Below, piece after piece: positions 59,701-64,000 of a stretch of 64,000 nucleotides of DNA. The notes under the pieces were generated by a model. That model did no database searches. It was not told the origin of the DNA and saw only the letters and a program-made list of their open reading frames with translations. Location of the stretch: assembly GCA_965219685.1 (NCBI GenBank), contig CBDCOH010000002.1, forward strand, positions 1,920,001-1,984,000, read 5' to 3'. A program made the translations under genes and the position numbers. The first letter of the stretch is position 1. Every line of letters starts with the position of its first letter. Source of the DNA: Candidatus Spongiisociaceae bacterium. GTDB lineage: Bacteria; Actinomycetota; Acidimicrobiia; Spongiisociales; Spongiisociaceae.

Positions 59701-62700
59701 CGAGTCACCCCGCGGCGAGGTTCTGTTCGAGACCGAAGTGTCACCCTCCGATCCCGCCTGGTTGGGTGACCACCGGGTGTTCGATCGGGTGGTGGCGCCA
59801 GGCGCCCTCTACGCGGCGATGGCGATAGCGGCCGCGGGGCGGGAGGGCAACGGATCGGCGAGCGTCGAAGACTGCCAGCTGCAGAACGCCCTGGTCCTGC
59901 CGGAGACCGACCCCGAGACGGGCGACGGAGAGGGGAGCCGTCGCGTCCAGCTGGTGATGGAGGGCTCCGATCCGGCGGGCTCGCCCCGCGTCGAGGTGTT
60001 CAGCAAGGCCGAGGACGAGGACGGATGGACGCTCCACATGGAGGCCACGCTGTCCCCCGCTACGCGGCGGACCGCCACCCGGACCGATCTCGCCACCCTC
60101 ACCGCCGGCCTGTCCCCCCAGGACCCGTCGGAGTTCTACCGGGCCAGGTCCGAGACCAGCGTGACCCTGGACCCCCTCTTCCGCACCCTCCGGACGCTCT
60201 GGTCCGGGGATGGCCGGGCGGTGGGGGAGATCGCGCTGCCGGAGATGCTGGACCTCGGCGGCCTCGAGGCGCATCCGGTCCTGCTGGACGGCTGCTTCCA
60301 GGTAGCGGCGGAGGCTCGGGGCGCCGGCCTCTCCACGGAGGGGACCACCTACCTCCCGTTCGGGTGGGATCGCCTGTGGTTGTCGGCGCCGCTCCCCGCC
60401 CGGTTCTTCTGCCATGCGCGCATGAGGGAGGGGACTCTCCCCCGCACGCCCGGCGAGGCTCCGGAGGTGCTGGCAGCCGAGCTGACGATCTACACGCCGG
60501 ACGGCCTCGAGATCGGTGGGGTGAGCGGTTACACCGTGAAGCGGGCCACGCGGGATGCCCTAGTTCCGGCGACCGAGGGCGTGGAGGACCTCCTCTACGA
60601 CGTGGTGTGGCGGGACCGTCCCCTCGCTCCGGCCACGATTCCGGCGGACTTCCTGCCGAGCCCGAGCGCGGTCCGGGCCCGTTCGGGGGACTTCTCCGAA
60701 TATCTGGCCGCCGAAGGCGTCAGCGCCGCGGACAGGACCGCGCTGCTGACCGACCTCGAGCGGCTGTCCTGGTCGTATGCCCTCTCGACCCTGGAGGGCA
60801 TGGGCTGGGAGCGCGAGAAGGGTGCCGTCACGGACCCGGACGCTATGGGCCGCAGTCTCGGAATCCTCGATGAGCACGGACGGCTGTTCCGCCGCCTGTT
60901 CGAGTTGCTCGAGAGGGCCGGCGCGGTGGAGATGGTCGGCACCGGGTTCGTGGCCAAGGTCGGGAAGGACGACCCGCTCCCCGAGCACCTGGCCGGGGAC
61001 CCCGAGGAGTTCGCGGACCGGATGCACGCCATGTATCCCCACGGCACCAACGAGATCGGCCTGTTCCGGCGGAGCGCGGCCGCCCTGGCTGACGTGCTGG
61101 TCGGCCGGGCCGATCCCCTGACGCTGCTGTTCGGCAGCGGCGAGCCCACCGCGGGAGACGTGTACAGGAAGGCGCCCGGGGCCCGGGCCTCCAACAAGAT
61201 GCTGGGAGACGCCATCGCGGCGCTGGTCGAGGACCTGCCGGAGGGCCGCAGGCTGCGGATCCTGGAAGTGGGCGCCGGCACCGGATCGGCCACGGCGTCG
61301 GTACTGCCGGAGTTGCCCGCCGGACGGTTCGATTACGTGTACACCGACATCTCGGCCGGCTTCTTCGCGGAGGCGGAGGGCCGCTTCGCCGAGTACGAGG
61401 AGGCCTTGGAGTACCGGCCGCTGGACATCGAGCTCGACCCCGTGTCCCAGGGCTACGAACCCCATGCCTACGACATCATCATCGCCGCCAACGTCCTGCA
61501 CGCCACCCGGTTCCTGGAGGAGACGCTCGCCAACTGCCGGGAGCTGCTCGCTCCATCGGGCCAGCTGGTGGCGCTCGAGACCCTGGGGGGCCACGGCTGG
61601 CTCGATCTGACCTTCGGACCCCTCGACGGCTGGTGGCGGTTCGCCGACAGCTTCCGGCCGCATCATGCCCTGGTGGGTCCGGCCGTGTGGGAGCGGGCCC
61701 TGGCCAACACGGACTTCGGGGAGATCGAGATCCTGGGGCCGGTCGACAGCAACGACGACCGGGACCGGGGCGTCATCATGGCGAGGGGACCGGTCGAGGT
61801 GGCCGAGCGGCCGGGCGTGTGGGTTGTGGCGGCGGACGGCGCGGGGGCGGCCGAGGCGCTCGCCGGCGAGCTGGCCGCCCGCAACCAGACCGTCTTGATA
61901 GTGGATGGAGAAGCGGCGGACGGTCCGCCGGGCCCGGGCGAGGGGGTCGAACGCGTATCGATCGAGAGGGATCGCCGGGATTCATGGAGGTCGATCTTCG
62001 AAGGACTCCCCTCGGAGCCACCCCTCAACGGGGTCGTCCACCTGGTGGCATCGGACGGTCACGGGCCGGGCGCGACCTCCGGCGAGTTCGCCCGGGACGT
62101 GCGGGACGGCGCCGAGACCGCGCTGGCGCTGGTGCAAGGCATGGCTGACGCCGATGCCGCACCCGCCAAGGGCCTGTGGCTCGTGACCCGGGGCGGGCAG
62201 GTCCTCGAGAAGGAGAGCGAGGGCCAGCTCTCAGGCGCGGTGCTGTGGGGGTTCGGCAAGGTGGTGGCCCGCGAGGCGGCCCACTTCACGCCCCGGATGA
62301 TCGACCTGGACCCGGCGGCGGCCCTTCCGCTCACCGACCTCGTGGAGGAACTGCTGCATCCCGACACCGAGACCCACATCGCCTACCGGCTGGGACTCCG
62401 CCAGGTCGCCCGGCTGGTCAGGGCCGGGGAGGTGACCGAGCGCCTGACCCTGCCCGACGGCAACGGCTGGCGGCTGGAGCCGGACGCGGGCGGCTCGCTC
62501 GACGGTCTGGCGGTCATGCCCTGGCCGGACCAGCCCCTCCAACCGCGGGAAGTTCGCGTGGCGCTGGAGGCGACCGGCCTCAACTTCTGGGATCTCTTCC
62601 GGTCGCTGGGCGTCATCGAGGAGGGCTTGTTGGGGAGGGAGTTCTGCGGCCGGGTCCTCGAAGTCGGATCGGAGGTGTCGACCGTGTCGGCGGGCGACCG

Positions 62701-64000
62701 GGTCGTCGGGCTGGCCTTCGGCACTTTCGGGCCCCGGCCGGTGATGCGGGAAGAGTTGGTGGCGCTCGCACCGGAGGGCATCCCGGCGGCGGACCTCGCC
62801 ACGATGCCGACCGCCTACGTGACGGTGCTGCTGTCGTTCGACCTGGCCCGGCTGGCGGCGGGGGAGCGGGTCCTCATCCATGCCGGCGCCGGAGGGGTGG
62901 GCACCGCCGCGATCCGGATGGCTCACGCGCTGGGGGCGGAGGTGTTCGCCACGGCGAGCACTCCCAAGCACGCCTACGTGCGGTCGCTCGGGGTGAAGCA
63001 CGTGTTCGACAGCCGCCGGACGGGTTTCGGCCGCCAGATCCTCGAGGCGACCGGGGGTCGAGGCGTCGACATGGTCCTGAACAGCCTGACGAGCGAGGGG
63101 TTCATCGACGCCAGCCTCTCCTGCCTGGCACCCGGCGGCCGGTTCGTGGAGCTGGCCGCGGTGGACATCCTGACCGAAGAGGAGATGAAGACCGCCCGCC
63201 CGGACGTGGCCTACTGGATCGTCGACCTGGACTGGCTCAAGGAGCACGACCCGCCGGTGCCGGGCGACGCCCTGAGACGGGTGATGGAACACCTGGCGGC
63301 AGGAGAGGTGGCCCCGCTGGCGAAGACCAGGTGGGCTTTCAACGAGGCGGTCTCGGCGATCAAGTACATGGGGGCCGCCCGCCACAGGGGCAAGATCGTC
63401 CTCGCCCCGTCTCCCATCGAGAGCGGTCGCCTCCGGGACGACCGGACCTACCTGGTCACGGGAGGCCTCGGCGGGATCGGATGCGCCCTGGCCGGCTGGC
63501 TGGCGGACCTGGGCGCCGGCGCCATCGTCCTCAACGGGCGGCGCGACGCGGACCCCGAGGCGGCGGCGTTGATCGAAGAGGTCCGCAGCCGGGGCGCCAC
63601 GGTCCAGGTGGAGCTGGCCGACGTGACGGACGGGCCGGCCGTCGACGCGATGCTCTCCCGCATCGACGCCACGTTGCCGCCGCTGGGGGGCGTCATCCAC
63701 AGCGTGGGGGTGCTGTCGGACGGAGCGCTCACCAACCAGACGTGGGAGAAGTTCGAGGAGGTGCTGTGGCCGAAGGTGCTGGGCGCCTGGCACCTGCACC
63801 GCGCCACCCGGCATCGCGATCTGGATATGTTCATCCTGTTCTCCAGCGTGGCGGGCGTGATGGGCAATCCCGGCCAGGCGAACCACTCGGCGGCCAACGC
63901 CTTCCTGGACCAGCTGGCAGGACACCGCCGAGCGCTCGGGCTGGCCGGACAGTCGATTGCGTGGGGCGCCTGGTCGGGAATCGGAGAAGCCGAGGAGCAC
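56789..64000 (+). CDS. supA: Type I PKS, SupA-like (KS-AT-DH-cMT-ER-KR...), truncated by the window end
   Basis: Motifs all in one frame: PVAIVGMACRFPG, DTACSSSL (~57374), HGTGT, NIGHLE, AT GHSLG (58832) and AYHS, DH GHPLLG/DHRVF..VVAPG (~59675), MT LEVGAGTG (61262), ER LIHAGAGGVG (62873), KR YLVTGGLGGIG (63449). Start GTG 56789 (RBS AGGAG) or ATG 56837; absent from the ORF track because no stop is reached. Confidence 0.93.
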   Translation, partial: MTRPDGGESLPVTGRGMATAARSEQPVAIVGMACRFPGAANIPAFWRRLEEGANSVVEGDPGSGRGRVGDLFPDTSVRSEACRFGAYLDDLTRFDASFFRISPVEAQLLDPQQRLMLETSWRALEDAGIDPAGLRGSRTGVYAGISNYDYRGLILGVAGAAEPAPSLYTVTGTSFNTAIGRVAYALGLQGPAIAMDTACSSSLVAVHQAVTALQRDEADLALAGGVHTVLSGRLLELRANAGMLAPDGRCKTFDAAANGYVRGEGCGILILKRLGDAQADADRIWAVIRGAALNQDGASQGLTVPNGTAQELVIADALRRAGLRPSEVDYVEAHGTGTSVGDPIEARATGSAYAKGRAEDRPLLIGSVKTNIGHLEPAAGVAGIIKTVLAMSQGVIPKHLNFRTPNPEIPWGRLPLRVTSEATPWPYVPDRPPLAGVSGFGWSGTNAHVLLEGYGTADRMAAAPANGRWPRGSARSVHVRLPEGVTERAPQDRPTRRSTRVLPLSGRTSQALRDLAGRYVAWLDDHPEALGSGNTAADRFLSDMTWSASVGRSHFSRRAGITFGDAASLREKLAALAATAGEVSPPTTTRVAFAYTGQASQWVGMGEALYESEPVVRAVLDRCDDVMREHRDISLLDVMFGRAGHGDLLDEAAWTQPAIYALECALTALWASVGIEPEVVVGHSLGEIAAAQAAGVYTLEDGLLFAAARGELMGALPGRGAMAAVFAPADRVRAAVARQNAASGSNPGVSIAADNGAQQVVSGPEKDVEAIVDRFESEGVWARKLRKSPAYHSALVEPALDDLERVLASVETAAASCSLVSSMTGRVMEADGKLDGGYWRQQARRPVAFRDCIGTLADLEVDVVIEIGPRSVLGPMVLMGWPDTSGRSPTVLSSLSGPPDPSDQDEGTGFEEAVAGAYQAGLAMTFEGLYAGEERRRVPVPGYPFQRERYWVEGRRRRRRDGGHPLLGVHHESPRGEVLFETEVSPSDPAWLGDHRVFDRVVAPGALYAAMAIAAAGREGNGSASVEDCQLQNALVLPETDPETGDGEGSRRVQLVMEGSDPAGSPRVEVFSKAEDEDGWTLHMEATLSPATRRTATRTDLATLTAGLSPQDPSEFYRARSETSVTLDPLFRTLRTLWSGDGRAVGEIALPEMLDLGGLEAHPVLLDGCFQVAAEARGAGLSTEGTTYLPFGWDRLWLSAPLPARFFCHARMREGTLPRTPGEAPEVLAAELTIYTPDGLEIGGVSGYTVKRATRDALVPATEGVEDLLYDVVWRDRPLAPATIPADFLPSPSAVRARSGDFSEYLAAEGVSAADRTALLTDLERLSWSYALSTLEGMGWEREKGAVTDPDAMGRSLGILDEHGRLFRRLFELLERAGAVEMVGTGFVAKVGKDDPLPEHLAGDPEEFADRMHAMYPHGTNEIGLFRRSAAALADVLVGRADPLTLLFGSGEPTAGDVYRKAPGARASNKMLGDAIAALVEDLPEGRRLRILEVGAGTGSATASVLPELPAGRFDYVYTDISAGFFAEAEGRFAEYEEALEYRPLDIELDPVSQGYEPHAYDIIIAANVLHATRFLEETLANCRELLAPSGQLVALETLGGHGWLDLTFGPLDGWWRFADSFRPHHALVGPAVWERALANTDFGEIEILGPVDSNDDRDRGVIMARGPVEVAERPGVWVVAADGAGAAEALAGELAARNQTVLIVDGEAADGPPGPGEGVERVSIERDRRDSWRSIFEGLPSEPPLNGVVHLVASDGHGPGATSGEFARDVRDGAETALALVQGMADADAAPAKGLWLVTRGGQVLEKESEGQLSGAVLWGFGKVVAREAAHFTPRMIDLDPAAALPLTDLVEELLHPDTETHIAYRLGLRQVARLVRAGEVTERLTLPDGNGWRLEPDAGGSLDGLAVMPWPDQPLQPREVRVALEATGLNFWDLFRSLGVIEEGLLGREFCGRVLEVGSEVSTVSAGDRVVGLAFGTFGPRPVMREELVALAPEGIPAADLATMPTAYVTVLLSFDLARLAAGERVLIHAGAGGVGTAAIRMAHALGAEVFATASTPKHAYVRSLGVKHVFDSRRTGFGRQILEATGGRGVDMVLNSLTSEGFIDASLSCLAPGGRFVELAAVDILTEEEMKTARPDVAYWIVDLDWLKEHDPPVPGDALRRVMEHLAAGEVAPLAKTRWAFNEAVSAIKYMGAARHRGKIVLAPSPIESGRLRDDRTYLVTGGLGGIGCALAGWLADLGAGAIVLNGRRDADPEAAALIEEVRSRGATVQVELADVTDGPAVDAMLSRIDATLPPLGGVIHSVGVLSDGALTNQTWEKFEEVLWPKVLGAWHLHRATRHRDLDMFILFSSVAGVMGNPGQANHSAANAFLDQLAGHRRALGLAGQSIAWGAWSGIGEAEEH

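Noticed and set aside
56887-64000. Many ORF-track ORFs over the PKS region, including 62231..64000 minus
   Set aside because: Shadow ORFs of a single high-GC PKS frame whose domain motifs are all in one frame

Overview
High-GC (roughly two-thirds G+C by eye) bacterial window, most consistent with an actinobacterium, probably an Acidimicrobiia-like sponge symbiont. This taxonomy is inferred from the lipoprotein-anchored solute-binding proteins, a DUF222/HNH gene with a Gram-positive-type LexA box, and a sup-type PKS cluster. Contents in order: (1) an SDR and a ~12 kb co-directional catabolic-looking cluster with two TenA paralogues, a Dpp/Opp ABC system, two amidohydrolases, an MBL hydrolase, a SnoaL protein and a deaminase; (2) a GntR/FCD region marked by a recurring TTGTCGACAA palindrome, with a 2-hydroxyacid dehydrogenase, class III aminotransferase, LLM, two atypical M24 proteins, a Tau/Ssu-type ABC system and PuuE-like and NicX/AmpS-like proteins; (3) DUF2165, a phosphotriesterase-like gene, an epimerase, a ScyD/E lipoprotein and a DUF1778/GNAT toxin-antitoxin pair whose toxin lacks a normal start; (4) a second Dpp/Opp system and a TPP enzyme; (5) a Liv-type ABC/acyl-CoA ligase operon with a DUF222-HNH gene and a non-coding repeat inserted; (6) a sup-type cluster (permease, ACP, hydrolase, PPTase, and a KS-AT-DH-cMT-ER-KR PKS running off the window end and missing from the ORF track). 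The most notable unexplained signals are a ~280 bp dispersed non-coding repeat starting with the same PafBC-like promoter geometry as the HNH gene, the Asp-to-Asn TenA pair clustered with deaminases, and a highly structured intergenic region inside the sup cluster. All calls were made by eye, without database searches.
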